NCBI RefSeq assembly: GCF_027921745.1
Contig: NC_079239.1
Location: 1,550,001 to 1,614,000 of the forward strand
DNA length: 64,000 nucleotides
Direction of reading: 5' to 3'
DNA from: Schizosaccharomyces osmophilus
Taxonomy: Eukaryota
The position numbers were made by a program, and so were the translations under genes. The notes beneath the pieces are model-generated. The model saw only the letters and a list, made by a program, of their open reading frames with translations, did not search any database and was not told the origin of the DNA. Shown piece after piece: positions 46,584-62,639 of this stretch (position 1 is the stretch's first letter; every line of letters begins with the position of its first letter).

Positions 46584-47238
46584 AAATAATGGTCTAAAAC
46601 GCTACTTTAATCCTTAAATTACTTATTTTCGCGTTATTAATATTTAAAGCTATAAAACTTAAAATAGATATGCTTTCTAGATTTACGTGAAACATACGAT
46701 CACTTCTTGAACAAAAGCCTTCATTATTAAAATAGAGTTACAAATCTTCTAATAAAATGTCGGACTTATAGACAACTTTTTTAATACTTTGTATGTATAA
46801 ATAATTTACTGTTTTATAACTTACAGGATATAGATTACGCATTGACCAACTGCTGAGTTTTCAGCGAAACACTTTATCTACAGCATTTCCTTTGAGTTTG
46901 TAAGATGAGTTTTTCGTTGATGTCTTTCATATATAAAGCATGCAGAGGCGATACGCGTGTGAATGGTAATGAAAGGAAGAAAGAAAGAAAAATATGAATT
47001 GGTAAACACTCACAGCTACATTGTTTACAATTTACCGAAGCATACTACGTAACGTTAAATAATTTAAGGTCCCTGGAGGTGTTGGTTTAAAGGAAGCTGT
47101 AGTCCTAAAGCATAGTACTCTTATTTTAGTATCCGTTTTCAAATATACCAAAAGGACGGACTTAAAGAACGGAGCCTTCCTCTTTTTATATTTACATATC
47201 TTTAATTTTCTATTGCTTTCTTTCGAGAGGCTTTGGGT

Positions 47239-49249
47239 ATGTCTGGACGGCGAAATGAAACCACAATTCGACATCTCATTCAGTCTGTACCAGGAAACAA
47301 CATTTGTGCAGACTGCCACACGCGTGGTGTTCAATGGGCCAGCTGGAACTTAGGTAGGTGAATCTCTATGCGATCTTGGCTAACTCGGATAGGTATCTTT
47401 TTATGTTTGAGATGTGCAACAATTCATCGAAAGCTTGGGACTCATATTTCTAAAATAAAGTCGGTATCGCTTGATCAATGGACAGATGATCAAGTAAATG
47501 TAAGCTGAAACATGCGAGATACCTTAGCATCGTTCTCTAACTTCCTCCTAGAATATGCGCGATTGGGGAAATTTAAATGCCAACCGTTATTGGAATCCCA
47601 GTCCTTTGGATCATCCTTTGCCTATGAATGCTCATAGTGATGATACGTAAGTTTAAAGATGAGTAGATACCCTTCGGAAAATGCTTTTGAGAACATCACA
47701 ACTAACCTACTTTTTCAGCGTAATGGAAAAGTATATTCGCGATAAATATGAAAAAAAGCTATATTTAGAGGAAACTCCAAACCAAAAAGGCCCGTCTTTG
47801 CCCCCTAGATCAAACGCATCCGCGAATTCTACTAGTGCTTCAAGTTCCCGATCCAATTACAAAGTATCTCTCAAAGCTATTCATGACATGGGTTTTACGA
47901 ATGATACAATTAATTTACAAGCTTTGGAAGATGCACACGGTGAAGTCAATGGCGCTGTAGAAAAAATCGTTCAGGAAATGAAAAAAAACCCTTTAAATTC
48001 TGCCTCTTCCTCATCCTCGATGCCAAATTCCAAATCTTCTTACAAGGCACCAAAGTTGCCATCGGCGCAGCTTTCTAGAAGAAACAAGCGTTTACATGTA
48101 CGTTTTGAGGATGGTTCAAAACCAGGCGACGAGGACGATGGCGTTGGCGTTGGTGATGCACGTGTAACGTCTCCTACTCTAAATCCATTTGAACAGATGA
48201 TGGCTATGACCAATCAAGGCATGTCTGTTGCTCCTGGTGTTGAAACCACTTCAAGCCCCTTTTTTAGGGCTCCAGTAGAGCCTAATCAACCCCTACAGCC
48301 ATCTTCGACTGGTCCTGCAGCAACTACTTCCTATGAAAATGTAAATATGCCTTTCTATAATTTAGACTCCTCTGGCATGTACCCACAAACCACAGGTTCA
48401 TCATCTGCCGCACCTCCGCCTGCTCAACCTTTGCAACGCTCTCATACTGGACTTGCTTCCTATGATTACAATTATCCTTTGGGCTCTGATTATTCAGTTC
48501 CTCCAAACCCAACTGGCTCTAATCCCTTTTATGACTTTTCCTCACCAACGCCTTCGACGTCTGGCATTCCAGGTAATAATAATAATTTATATTACGGCAA
48601 CTCTTATCCGAACACGACAGATAATACTTCAATGCCGGACATGAGTAAATTATCTTTGGGAGAATCGAACGATGCAACTTCAAATCCTTCATCGCAATAC
48701 CTAAGTTCTTCACTTTCACCCCAGTATGGTACGTCCGGCGTAAACTACTCTCAGTCTGCTTCAGATCCATACAACTTAAGAACTAATATATATAATCCTT
48801 CTTCGGTTTCCCCTTACGGTGCCCAACCTTCAGCTTTACGGCTACAACCGACTGGAATGGTTCCTTCATCTTCCGACGAAATCCCGCTTCAAGGCACAGG
48901 ACAGCCGTTTATGCAAAGTGAAATGGGAATGCAACCAAACAATTATCAAATGCCTATGGGTAGTAACTGGATGGAATATGGTGACATGTCCCAACAGGGT
49001 ACCGCAATGCCGATGAATGGAATGAATTATCCTGGTGTAATGAATTACGATCCCAATATGCCCATGAATTCTGGTTACTACGTACCAGGATATAACAATG
49101 CAATGATGCCTTCTGAAGGTCTGTATCAGCCTACTGATGTCTATGGAGATCCTATGAACTCTGGTTCATCGGGAGCTATGGGAGGTTCAGCGAGTAGCAC
49201 ATCAAATGCTGATAACTATTTGCAAAGGATTATGCATGGTAAACGATAA
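47239..49249 (+). CDS. ucp3: ArfGAP-UBA protein Ucp3 / Gts1 (exons 47239-47353, 47393-47499, 47552-47646, 47719-49249)
   Basis: ArfGAP zinc finger CADC...[27 protein letters not shown] rebuilt across three introns; UBA (MGF...NLQAL..A.G.V..AVE); NPF motifs. Confidence 0.92.
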
Positions 49250-50463
49250 GAGTTTTGGAATAAAAGAAAAACAAAAAGTCTGTCCTTTTGTGTTTAGACA
49301 TAAAAGAACTTTACATACAATCATTTTGCTTTATTTTTCGTTCTTTGATATTTTCGTCTGCTTGCTTTTCTGTTTCCGATGCTTGTACGTATCCATATGG
49401 ATTTCATATGGTAAGTGTGCTAGATAGCCTACTGGGGCGCGCGTATCTTTTGGTTGCAACTGGTTCACACTCATTTACCTTGTTTCTTTTACCCATATTT
49501 GGAAGTCAGTTCCTTCATTTGTGAGTCATGCAGCGCAGTAAAACTGATAATTGGATCCGCGTAAGTGGTGAATGAAGCTATTCATGATGATTTTGCATGG
49601 AGATATGAACCAAGCGTCTTTTGTTTGGTGAAATTGTTCGTTGAAGAAATACCTATATATTTTTACATATATATTTGTTGTTTTGAATGTTCGGGTACAT
49701 TAATGAAAATTGTTTTTGGTACTTTAGATGTCATTTTGTTTCAAGGGTCGTGTAATCGTAGCTAGTGATATTTCAAAAAAGGGAATCAGCAGCATCAGAG
49801 TCAAATCTTAGTCATACTTTTACTTTTGATAAACGAGATTTTCGTATTAAATTTGGATTGATGCGTTTACTAGGAAAACTGCAATTTACATGTGCTTTTT
49901 CGCAAAAATTTAAGATCTCATTAAACGGATTCTTTACTAGTACGAAATTTTAATACACAGTATGCACAAATAAACATATATAGAGTTACTGTTGTAATTA
50001 AACTTCTCCCAAATCTCTTTCTTTTTATTTGGAAAGTTCCCAAGAAAAATAGGTGAAGCAAAAGGTTCACAAGCAATTAACGATTGTAGAAAAACAGGCA
50101 ATTAGTAGACTTTTAAAAGGGTTTATTGAACTCGTTTGCTGCATTTTCTTCGATTGTAAAGCCTTCACTCTGTCAAGGCATTTGAATCCAACGTAACATC
50201 AGTGGATACATCAAGATACTGTCCACGAGGATTAAACAACCGGTTTTTCGCTGATATGTCTTAAGGATCTCTTCAAAGAATCTACTGATCTGAATTTGAA
50301 TTTTGCTTTGTCTACTCGATCTGTTTAAATACTCGAGTTTGTCGTTTCCTTCGTATTTTTATTTTTATTTTTATTTTTTGCTTGCTTTTATTAAGCCAAG
50401 TCAGGGATTACCCAGTCCCGATTTTTTTCATATATTTTTGGTGAATTAGGAGCTATACTGATC

Positions 50464-52059
50464 ATGAATAATCCTAATACACCAACCGAAGAAACCGCTT
50501 TACTGAGGTCAGGAACAGAGGCCCAGGATGATGGCGAAAATCTTCCAAACAAGTGGGCCATTCTGCCGGCGTTGTGGATCGGTGGCTTCTTGTCGGCCTT
50601 GGACATGACCATTGTTGCCAGTTTGTATCCAGTTATTGGTAGTGAATTCAAATTGATGAATAATGCTTCTTACATTGCTACTTCCTACTTAATTACGAAC
50701 ACCGCTTTCCAGCCTTTATATGGACGACTGAGTGATATCTTTGGTCGCCGCGCTGCAATTGTCTTTGCAAACATTACCTTTACTATCGGAACCTTTTTGT
50801 GCGGCTCATCTCGTAGCCTGGCTGGGCTTTGCATTGCTCGTGCAATTGCGGGAATAGGTGGAGGCGGTCTCGGAACCATGTCTTCCATTATTTCTAGTGA
50901 CATTGTTTCCCTTCGTGAACGAGGCACTTGGCAGGGAATCACCAACATTGTTTGGGGAATTGGGGGTAGCTTAGGGGGACCACTCGGTGGCCTCATTGCT
51001 CAGCGATGGGGTTGGAGAGTTGCGTTTTATTTTCAAATTCCGCTTGGTATAATCTCGACGATTGTGGTTGCTTGGCGGGTTCGTATTAAACCAGCTGTAC
51101 GAGGTTCGAATGCCCCATTGTTGTCGCGAATTGATTACCTAGGGAGCTTTCTGCTTGTTGCTGGAATTAGTTTGCTAATTGTGACCTTCAATTGGGCTGG
51201 AGATGCATACTCCTGGTTGTCTCCAATTATTCTTGGGTTGTTAATCTCATCTGCGTTACTCCTTTATGCGTTTTATTGGGTTGAGAAAAACGTTGCGCTA
51301 GAACCGATTGCTCCCGTCTTTATTTTGAAACAAATTACTCCTTTAAGTGTTTGTCTTTGTAATTTCTTTAATGCGTTTTGTGGTTTTGTTGTCCTTTATG
51401 AACTCCCTTTGTTTTTTGAAGCTGTATTGTTTATGCCATCCTCTGAGGCAGGCGTCCGCATCTTTCCTTATGTTATCTTTACTTCGTTGGGTTCTGTGGT
51501 AGGAGGTCTTTATATGAAGAAAACAGGTAGATATCGCCCTTTAATTTTATTTGGGTATTTTGCCATGTGGACGAGCATTGTTGCTTTTAGCGTGCTTTCT
51601 TCGTTTGGTCAACGCATTCCTTTGGTTTTCGTAACTTTGTTTTTGAGTCTCTCGGGAACTGCTTATGGTATGAACTTGACTGCAACTCTGATTGCTGTTA
51701 TTAGCTCTCTAGCTCCCCAAGATCAAGCGGTGGCTACGGGTCTTTCCTACTTGTTCCGCGCTACTGGCAGTGTTATGGGTATTAGTCTTTCTCAAACGGC
51801 TACACTGACACTTGTAATGAACAACCTATCCAAGCAACTTGCTGATATTCCTGGAAAAGAAGACCTTATTCAATGTTTGCGTGAGAGTATTAGCATCATT
51901 CCTGACCTCCCAGCAAACGTCCGTCGCCTCGTCGTTCAATCTTATGTGGAAGCATTCACAGTTGCCTTTGCTATTGTATCTTTCTTTGCTTTTTTTGGCC
52001 TCATTTTCTCTTTGAAAATTCGTCAATTCTACTTGCACACATCAGTAGATCGTAAGTAA
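50464..52059 (+). CDS. fnx1: 14-TM MFS (DHA2/Vba-type) vacuolar transporter Fnx1
   Basis: FLSALDMTIV, motif A GRLSDIFGRR, SDIVSLRERG, GGPLGG; synteny with glo1. Confidence 0.85.
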   Translation: MNNPNTPTEETALLRSGTEAQDDGENLPNKWAILPALWIGGFLSALDMTIVASLYPVIGSEFKLMNNASYIATSYLITNTAFQPLYGRLSDIFGRRAAIVFANITFTIGTFLCGSSRSLAGLCIARAIAGIGGGGLGTMSSIISSDIVSLRERGTWQGITNIVWGIGGSLGGPLGGLIAQRWGWRVAFYFQIPLGIISTIVVAWRVRIKPAVRGSNAPLLSRIDYLGSFLLVAGISLLIVTFNWAGDAYSWLSPIILGLLISSALLLYAFYWVEKNVALEPIAPVFILKQITPLSVCLCNFFNAFCGFVVLYELPLFFEAVLFMPSSEAGVRIFPYVIFTSLGSVVGGLYMKKTGRYRPLILFGYFAMWTSIVAFSVLSSFGQRIPLVFVTLFLSLSGTAYGMNLTATLIAVISSLAPQDQAVATGLSYLFRATGSVMGISLSQTATLTLVMNNLSKQLADIPGKEDLIQCLRESISIIPDLPANVRRLVVQSYVEAFTVAFAIVSFFAFFGLIFSLKIRQFYLHTSVDRK

Positions 52060-52762
52060 CACTTTTTTCCCTGTGTTTACAACTTAAAAAAATCTAATAC
52101 TCGATGAAGCAACAAGGAACCAATAATGGGTTTTGGTGCTATAATAGCTTTTAAGTTACTAGTGTCTTGCTTGTTTCCTTGGAAAAGCTTAGACGATAAA
52201 TTCCTGTTTTCTAATGAAAATGCGCTTTTTGAACTATTCAATCTTGTTTGGTGGTCGTCGGTGTTCTCATATTCATGCTATATGTCATGTTGAACTATAA
52301 GGTGAAAATAAAAGTTAGATGTATATATAAAATTTCTGATAACTAGTGGCAGTCCTGCATGGCTTCCATCGTTTCTTACATTCAAATATGAATTTACAAG
52401 CAGATCTTGCTCCTGCTATGGGTAAGTCTTATTGTTTAATTTTGTTTTAATATTCCACATAAGTTATCAAATAATAAATAATAAAAGAATAAAGAATTTT
52501 ACAAAAACAGCAAAAACCGTCCTTCTATCATATTAAAAAGTTCTGCTAATACATTCTATCTTGCTAACGTTACAGTTTGTAGATATGAATAAACACCTCT
52601 TTGTAAGAATATATTCTCACTTCGAGGCTTTAAAAGTATCAATGAGCATGAGAGTTTTCTAGCAAGGTCAGGGTGGTTGGTTACATCACTCGGAAATTTT
52701 AGCAGCAGTTATATATTGTAAAACACGAAATCAAGAAAAAACACTAAAACAAAACACAAAAA

Positions 52763-53671
52763 ATGGCTGCTACTACGAATGCGAATACATACAAATTAAA
52801 CCACACGATGATTCGTGTGAAGGACTTGGAAAAGAGTCTCAAGTTTTATACAGAAGTGTTTGGTATGAAGTTGATTGACCAGTGGGTTTTTGAAGAAAAT
52901 CAGTTTTCGCTTTCTTTTTTGGCTTTTGACGGAGCCTCTGCTCTTCATCACGGTGTGGAGCGTTCCAAACGTGAAGGAATCTTGGAACTTACCCATAACT
53001 TTGGCACAGAAAAGGAAGAAGGACCTATTTATGTTAATGGAAACAATGACCCTCACCGTGGATTTGGTCATATCTGCTTTTCCGTTGACAACATTGAATC
53101 CGCCTGTGCATATCTCGAATCCAAGGACGTTGCATTCAAGAAGAAGCTCAGTGATGGCAAGATGAAGAGCATTGCTTTTGCTCTTGATCCCGACAATTAC
53201 TGGATTGAATTGATTTCTCAAGACGAAAAACAAGCAAAGGCTCACACTGAAAGTTTCCGTTTCAATCATACAATGGTTCGCGTGAAGGATCCTCAGACCA
53301 GTCTTGCTTTCTACGAAAAGCTCGGTATGAAACTCATTGACAAGTCTGATCATCCCAATGGAGAATTCACTCTTTATTTCTTAGCTTATCCTTCAAACCA
53401 GACTCGTCATAACCGTGAAGGTATCCTAGAGTTGACTCACAACTGGGGCACTGAGAAGCAAGAAGGTGCTGTTTATCATAATGGCAACGACGGTGATACA
53501 AAGGGATATGGCCACATCTGTATTTCTGTAGACAATATCCAAGCTGCCTGTGCTGAATTTGAGAACAAGGGTTTGTCTTTTAAAAAGAAATTGACCGACG
53601 GCAGAATGAAGGATATTGCCTTCCTTCTTGACCCTGACAACTACTGGGTTGAGGTGATTGAACAAAAGTAG
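52763..53671 (+). CDS. glo1: Glyoxalase I (two-domain fungal type)
   Basis: Duplicated NHTM.RVKD...LELTHN.GTE...G[FY]GHIC.SVDNI...DPDNYW.E modules. Confidence 0.97.
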   Translation: MAATTNANTYKLNHTMIRVKDLEKSLKFYTEVFGMKLIDQWVFEENQFSLSFLAFDGASALHHGVERSKREGILELTHNFGTEKEEGPIYVNGNNDPHRGFGHICFSVDNIESACAYLESKDVAFKKKLSDGKMKSIAFALDPDNYWIELISQDEKQAKAHTESFRFNHTMVRVKDPQTSLAFYEKLGMKLIDKSDHPNGEFTLYFLAYPSNQTRHNREGILELTHNWGTEKQEGAVYHNGNDGDTKGYGHICISVDNIQAACAEFENKGLSFKKKLTDGRMKDIAFLLDPDNYWVEVIEQK

Positions 53672-54381
53672 ATAGATGTGATGATAAACACGAATTTTTC
53701 TTCAGATGGTAAACATATTTCATGCGTTTAACTAAGATGGAATCAGTAGATGAATAAAACTAAACTCCTTCATGCATTGTATAAATGAAGAATATAAACT
53801 AACTAATTAGCAGCATTGTCTTAAATGTATACTCATTCTATGGGAAAAAACCATTCGAACGATCCCCTCCCTCAAACTAGAGCTTTTATTCTAGCAGCAT
53901 ATTCTTCAATGTGAAGTGACAGTAGAAGAACTTTCATAATATTCAAGTCTCTTTGTCAATACTGCATAATTTCATATTGTTTCATCTATATTAGATTTGT
54001 ACATCCGCTACAAAAAAAAGCTTGCTTACGCAACAACTTTGAAAGAGAAAATATTTCATCATTTCGATTTTAAAAGGTCGTACTGGCCATCGAGCCAAAG
54101 GGACGAGACCCAGACCTATTGTTATAAGTTCCGAAGGTATTCATTAAAAAGAAAAAAATGCAGTGGCATATGTTAAGGTGAATAGTAATAAAGGATCATT
54201 CAACATGGCTTCATGCATGAACGTTAAAAAAACTCGGATCGCTTCCTTTCCGCTCGAAAGTTTCGATGACAAACAAATATGCCATATACAAAAAAATAAA
54301 TTAAAACCATTACTTAATCGTAGACGTAGATTTTTTAGAGAATAACAGAAAACAACGCGGAATACCTCTAACTTGTCTATA

Positions 54382-56731
<2,350 letters not shown>

Positions 56732-57632
56732 CCAGAAAGGAAAGAATAAAAGTAATTGCTTATACGGTATTGGAGAAGTATAGGTTCATACGGGGATACT
56801 GGTGTCACCATTTGTTTTGGAGAGTTTAAATAATATCTAACCTTGATAGTAAAATACTTGGAGTTGTACACAAATAGCAATGAAGGGAAAAATTGCCAGT
56901 GCTGGAAGGGTAATAAACAATGTTTCTTTTATTTAAACGATAAATAATGCGTAACATTTACATTATATGTTGGCTTTACAGGTGTTGAAAGGAACAGTCC
57001 CGTGAATACCTTGTTTCCCTCATTTTGTTAATATAGTAATATTATATCGATTTCTTCCAGTGTAAGCAAAGTAATAACAAGGTAGGTTTCATAATGAAGT
57101 TGTAATTTAGTAGCAAAAAATCCTTCTTTATGAAATCAAATAGAAATTAAACATTGCTGGAGGCTCCTCTTTCCATTGTATTACTTGCTTAGTAGCCTGG
57201 AAACCGGTTTATCATGAATAATATATAAGTCGTACACCCAAAACCAAAACGCAACGTAACGTAGATTCTAGTAAATATTTTCAATGTATTTTTTTTAATG
57301 TCAAACGAAAGAGTGTCTTGCTTCCTTATTCCTACTATCGTTACTAGTTCGTTGTCATTTTCTGTTTTGCATCAGATCGTTTGATGATGATTCCCTTTTG
57401 TTGGACTCTGAAAAAGCGATACTTCATGTTTAGCTCTTAGTATTCCTTTTCGAATAAAGTATAAATCTCTCAATTACATTGAGCTACCTATTCTTATTCA
57501 TGCCTCCTCACTTGCACCTTGTCTCTCGTAAAAAAAGAGTATACTAAAGACGCCCAGACAAATGTTTTAAAAAAGCAAGAGATTTTTTTGATGAAAAGAA
57601 AAGTTTTTGTTAAAGATTTTCGTTTTTCCAGT

Positions 57633-57663
<31 letters not shown>

Positions 57664-57864
57664 GCGATACAAACCTTTCGGAATTGTTTATTGTTTGCTA
57701 GATGTTACCTCAAAACCAAAATTTAACTTATACTGAGGTCAACTGCAGCAAATCATCGGCCGTATTGGAGAAAGTGTTTCTTCGTTTGCTTCGCTTACGT
57801 CGGTTATGAGAAACTACCAAGTTACGTGGTGTTCATGAACATGTACAATACCAACAACACTGGG

Positions 57865-60800
57865 ATGGCAAAAGACTGGCAAGATGCGCATTTGGGTCAA
57901 TGTCAGCGGATTGAAGATTATCCAAATGTAGCCATTAATTACCCAGGATCGTATGTAACTCCTTCCGGAACCATGGCATATCATCCTACGAATAGTACGT
58001 AAATCCTAATAGTATGAGATTATGCATAACCAGAAATGATAGTAAACATCTATCATTCGGTAGATTGTATATAGCTTTTATTTTATTTGTTACTTGTACT
58101 ATAAATAAAACTTACTAACACGCTCAGCTCCCTTCTATGCTCAAGTACCTACCCATACCAGTCCCCAAGGTACTCTATACCCAGTTTATAATTCTGTAAG
58201 CCCAGTATACGACCCTACTACTGGGCGTGTTCTCTATCGAAACATAGGACCTTCTCCGACCGCTTCAATACCTCCCGCTCGCCATGGGTTGGCTGTTTAT
58301 GGTCCATCGCCGCATTTGCAAGCTCATCCTGCTCCTTCTACCCATCCAGGCGAAGCTGCTCCGTCTACTGCAGCAGCCGGAAGTCAAGTGAAAACTAACG
58401 GTGATTATCCATCACAAGCTATGATGGCTCCTTCAGGAGAATCTAACAACGTCTCTCGCCCTACAAACGCACGATCATCTGTTTCTCCTTTTGTTACCAA
58501 TCAAAAAATTCCTCTTGCATCCGGCCCTTCAAGTCAACCACCACCGGCCAACAATGAGTTTAGGCAATTAAATGTAACCGATGCTTTATCCTATCTGGAC
58601 CTGGTAAAGTTACAATTCCACCACGAACCTGAAGTTTATAATGAATTTCTTGATATCATGAAAGAGTTCAAATCGCAGGCGTATGTATATTTGCTTTGCT
58701 TTAGCTTCTCATACTTCTGTTCTGAAAGCGAAAGCCATTTTGTAACTTTTTACTAACTTGAGTAGGATTGAAACTCCTGAGGTCATTACCCGAGTATCTG
58801 CTTTATTTTCTGGTTATCCCGCATTGATTCAAGGATTTAATACATTCCTACCACCTGGGTATGGTATTGAGCTCGGTCCTTCTGAATTTGGGAAACCCCC
58901 GGCCGTACATATCACAACACCACAAGGGCCGCTGGTAATCGCAGATTGGAATCGTCCTCATGCTACTGCCCAAGTGCCTTCGGGTTATCAAAAACCAGCT
59001 CCTTACCAACCAGCGAATTCACAGCCCGCTGTCCCATCCCCTGGTGTAATTCCCCCTTCTGCTCAATCCTCTACTTTTGCTCCATACAAGTCCTCTCCTT
59101 CTCCGATGCCTCCTTCATTTCCCTCTGTAGATGCATCTGTGAAGCAAGCCGCCGATCTGGACCATGCTATTCATTTTGTAAATAACGTGAAAAATAGGTT
59201 TTCCCACAAACCTGAAGCTTACAATGCTTTTTTGGACATACTGAAGTCATATCAGCATGACCAGCGTCCTATACAACTCGTTTATTATCAAGTTTCCCAA
59301 TTATTTGCAGAGGCCCCTGACTTATTAGAAGAGTTTAAACGATTTTTGCCAGATGTTTCTCTTAAAGCTACTTCAGAAAACCAGGAGAAGCCTGCTGCTG
59401 CCATCTCCGAACCTGCAGCGCAAGCTTCTAAAGCTTCTCCTGCCACTACAACTTCCTCTCTCCCTCCAATTGGAAAGTTTGCTCCTCCAGCTCCCGTAAA
59501 GCCACCTCAACAGACTGAGAAACGCCGTGTTGAGCCAGCCGTATATACCAGAAGCCACGCAAAGCGTACGAGAACGGCAACCCAAGCTGCCGAAGAATAT
59601 AGTCCAAGAGCTTTCAATGTCCCAATTGCTCAAAACAAAAACCCGACAGAGCTTGCTTTTCTTGATGCGGTACGTCAATATTTGGTTAACGAGTCCAAGT
59701 ATAATGAGTTTATTAAGCTCCTTGAGTTATACTCTCAAGAAGTATTCGATAAAAATGCTCTGGTTGAACGTTGCCAGACATTCCTCCATGAAAGTGAGCA
59801 TTTAATGAATTGGCTCAAAGACTTAGTTAAGTGGGATTCTAATGATTGTATTCCTGTTCCAAGACCTAGAGTTGACTTAACACAATGTAAAGGTTATGGC
59901 CCAAGCTATCGTCTGCTTCCCAAAATTGAGTTATTATTGCCTTGTTCAGGAAGAGACGATGTATGTTGGACTATCCTAAATGATGCTTGGGTGAGCCATC
60001 CAACTTTGGCATCCGAAGACTCAGGTTTTATCGCCCATCGAAAAAACCAGTTTGAGGAATCTTTACACAGATTAGAAGAGGAAAGGTATAAATATGATCG
60101 TCACATTGGTGCAAACGTGAGAGCTATTGAACTTCTTGAAATGAACTTCCGAAAAATGCAAAAGTTAACCGAGAACGAAAAAGAAAGTTGGACTCTACCT
60201 GTTGGTCTTGGCGGTAAGTCTCCTAGTATTTATCAAAAAGTCATACGGAAGGTCTATGGAAAAGAGGCAGCACAAGAAATTATTGAAAACCTACAAAAAC
60301 ATCCTGCCATCACTATTCCAATCGTGCTTAATCGATTAAAACAAACTGACCGCGAATGGAGAGGTTTGCAAAAGCATTGGAATGAGCTTTGGCACGATAT
60401 TGAAGAAAGGAACTTCTATCGTAGCCTTGATCATCAAGGTATCACTTTCAAATCTACTGACAAGAAGAACACTACTCCTAAATTTTTGATTGGAGAGCTT
60501 CGAAATTTATCGAAACAGCAAAAAAATGAAACAGAGGAAGGGAAAACAGCCCCATCCTATCAATATCTTTTTGAGTACAAGGATAAGTCAATTGTTCTTG
60601 ATATGGCTCGATTATTTGGTGTTTTCTTGGTCCATGTTTCAACACATTCTATCGAAGACCGAGAAAAACTTTCTATTTTTTTACGTTCGTTCTTATCAAT
60701 TTTCTTTGACATCCCATATGAATCATTTGAACAGTTCTTACCTAGTCATTTCAATGATGATGATTCAGAAACAGAATCACAAGTGAGTAGTCTTGATAAG

Positions 60801-62639
60801 ACTAGACGTTCAAATACTCCAACGTCTCATGGCGTCAACAATGGCTTGGGGCTATTGAAGGATATTTTCAAAAAGTCACAAAAGGGCCCTCGGGAAAGCA
60901 GAAGCGTAAAATCAGAGTCTGCACCTGAATCCACTGAAGAAACCCCCGAGCCAAATGAAGTGGATGAATATTCTGTTGATGCTGAAGAGCCTAATGATTT
61001 AACAGCTACGTCTATTTTTTCCAGTGGTGAAGTTTGGGTTAATTGTAGATTTACCGATTCAGATGGAGCCTTGTTGGATGACGGAACTAAGTTATCTGAT
61101 CGTAATGTTTTCAATCTATTTGGGAATATGGGACTTTATTGTTTTTTTAGACTATTTCATATTTTATATACCCGATTAGAACATTTGAAAGGACTTGAGG
61201 AAAAAGCATATCAAAAACAACACGGTATTAAGCCCAACCCTGTTGCACTTGAATTAGGACTTATCCGAGATCCTTCCGAGCGCTTGGGATTCACGCTTCC
61301 TCATTCTGATACCGTTTACGGTCAAGCTTTAGGACTATGCGAGCGTATAATTGAAGGAGAAATAGATCAAAATGGGTTTGAAGATGCCTTGCGGTGTTTA
61401 TATGGAATACACGGATTCAGGATGTACACCGTTGAGAAAATTATTGGCTCCTTGATGAAACAACTGCATACAATAACTAGCAACCGTCGGATAGCACAAG
61501 TATTCATGTTTTTCGAAAGGGATCGGGTACAGCGAAAAACTAGTCCTCGGCAGCAAATTATGTATCGTGTACAAACAGAGACTGTGCTTGGACCTGATGA
61601 AGACTTGTGTTGTATAGACTGGAATTCGGAAACTCAGCAATCGGCTATTCGCCTTATGGGAAGAGAAGACTTAACTATGGCAAATCCAAAGACCGATGCA
61701 GAGAAATGGTGCTATTATATTGGTAGCTATATAATGTCCAGTCCAACCGAGGGAATTTTGCCAGAACAAGTTCGAGTCCCTTTTTTGCATCGAAACTTAC
61801 CAATTGATGATGTTAACGAAGAGGATGAGAATAATTACGTTGTGCGCAACGCTCATGCAATACTCACAAATTTCCTGAGAAGCGGTTTGGCACTCACAAT
61901 ACCTATCAATACGGTGAAGATAGTTTACGAACCAAATACGGAAGATGTTTTCGCTCGTAACTCTAAGCTTGTTTATACTGGATCTTATACAAAAATAAAA
62001 AGTTACAGACTTTCTCGATGGCGTGAATGGTTAGAAAGTGAAGACGGATGGTCTAGAGGGTTGACCAAAGAGAAATCGAAAAAGATTAAATCTACATCTC
62101 TTGATACCCTATTTGCTGAGACCAATTCGCGTGCTTGGAAACAAGAACAAATGACATTGTCAGAGGGTAAAGGAAAAAATGGGTTGAACACTGCGACTGG
62201 TAATGGCAAAAAGTCTGGATACAGAGCAAGAGGGGCCAAATCTAATGTTAATGCTGAACCGCAGCGAGAGAAACCAGAAGTGGATTTAAATGACGATAAT
62301 ACGTCTGAAGAAACAAGTCAAATTGACGGGGAAGATGATGCCAATACCCAAGACGAGGATGAAGCAGAGTTATCTAAAGGTCATCAACGAGGAAAAAAGT
62401 ATGATGAAGACAATAATGAAATAGCCGACAAGATGTATACGAAAGAAAAATCGCCGAAAGAGAATGTGGAAGACGAACAAAAAAATCAGGAAACTTACAA
62501 GCAATCTGCAAATACGTCTGCCACCAATTTAAATAAATTAGACGCTGATATGGAGGACGATAAAACCGACATGGAAGAGCAAGCTGATGAGTCTTTCGAT
62601 GGTGATAATACGATGGAAGATGATCTTTTGAAGGAGTAG
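57865..62639 (+). CDS. pst1: Sin3-family co-repressor Pst1 (exons 57865-57994, 58128-58680, 58766-62639; in-frame ATGs also at 57835 and 57841)
   Basis: Three PAH domains ([14 protein letters not shown]...[37 protein letters not shown]), HID (GPSYRLLP...CSGRD...[14 protein letters not shown]) and Sin3 C-terminal domain. Confidence 0.93.

Noticed and set aside
52796..53665. Long antisense ORFs over glo1 (and similar ones over ape2, nfs1, gfa1, map4 and pst1)
   Set aside because: They are expected shadows of codon bias on the opposite strand of conserved genes and show no motifs of their own.
57636..57663. T28 homopolymer upstream of pst1
   Set aside because: Ordinary promoter/leader poly(dA:dT) tract with no further structure.
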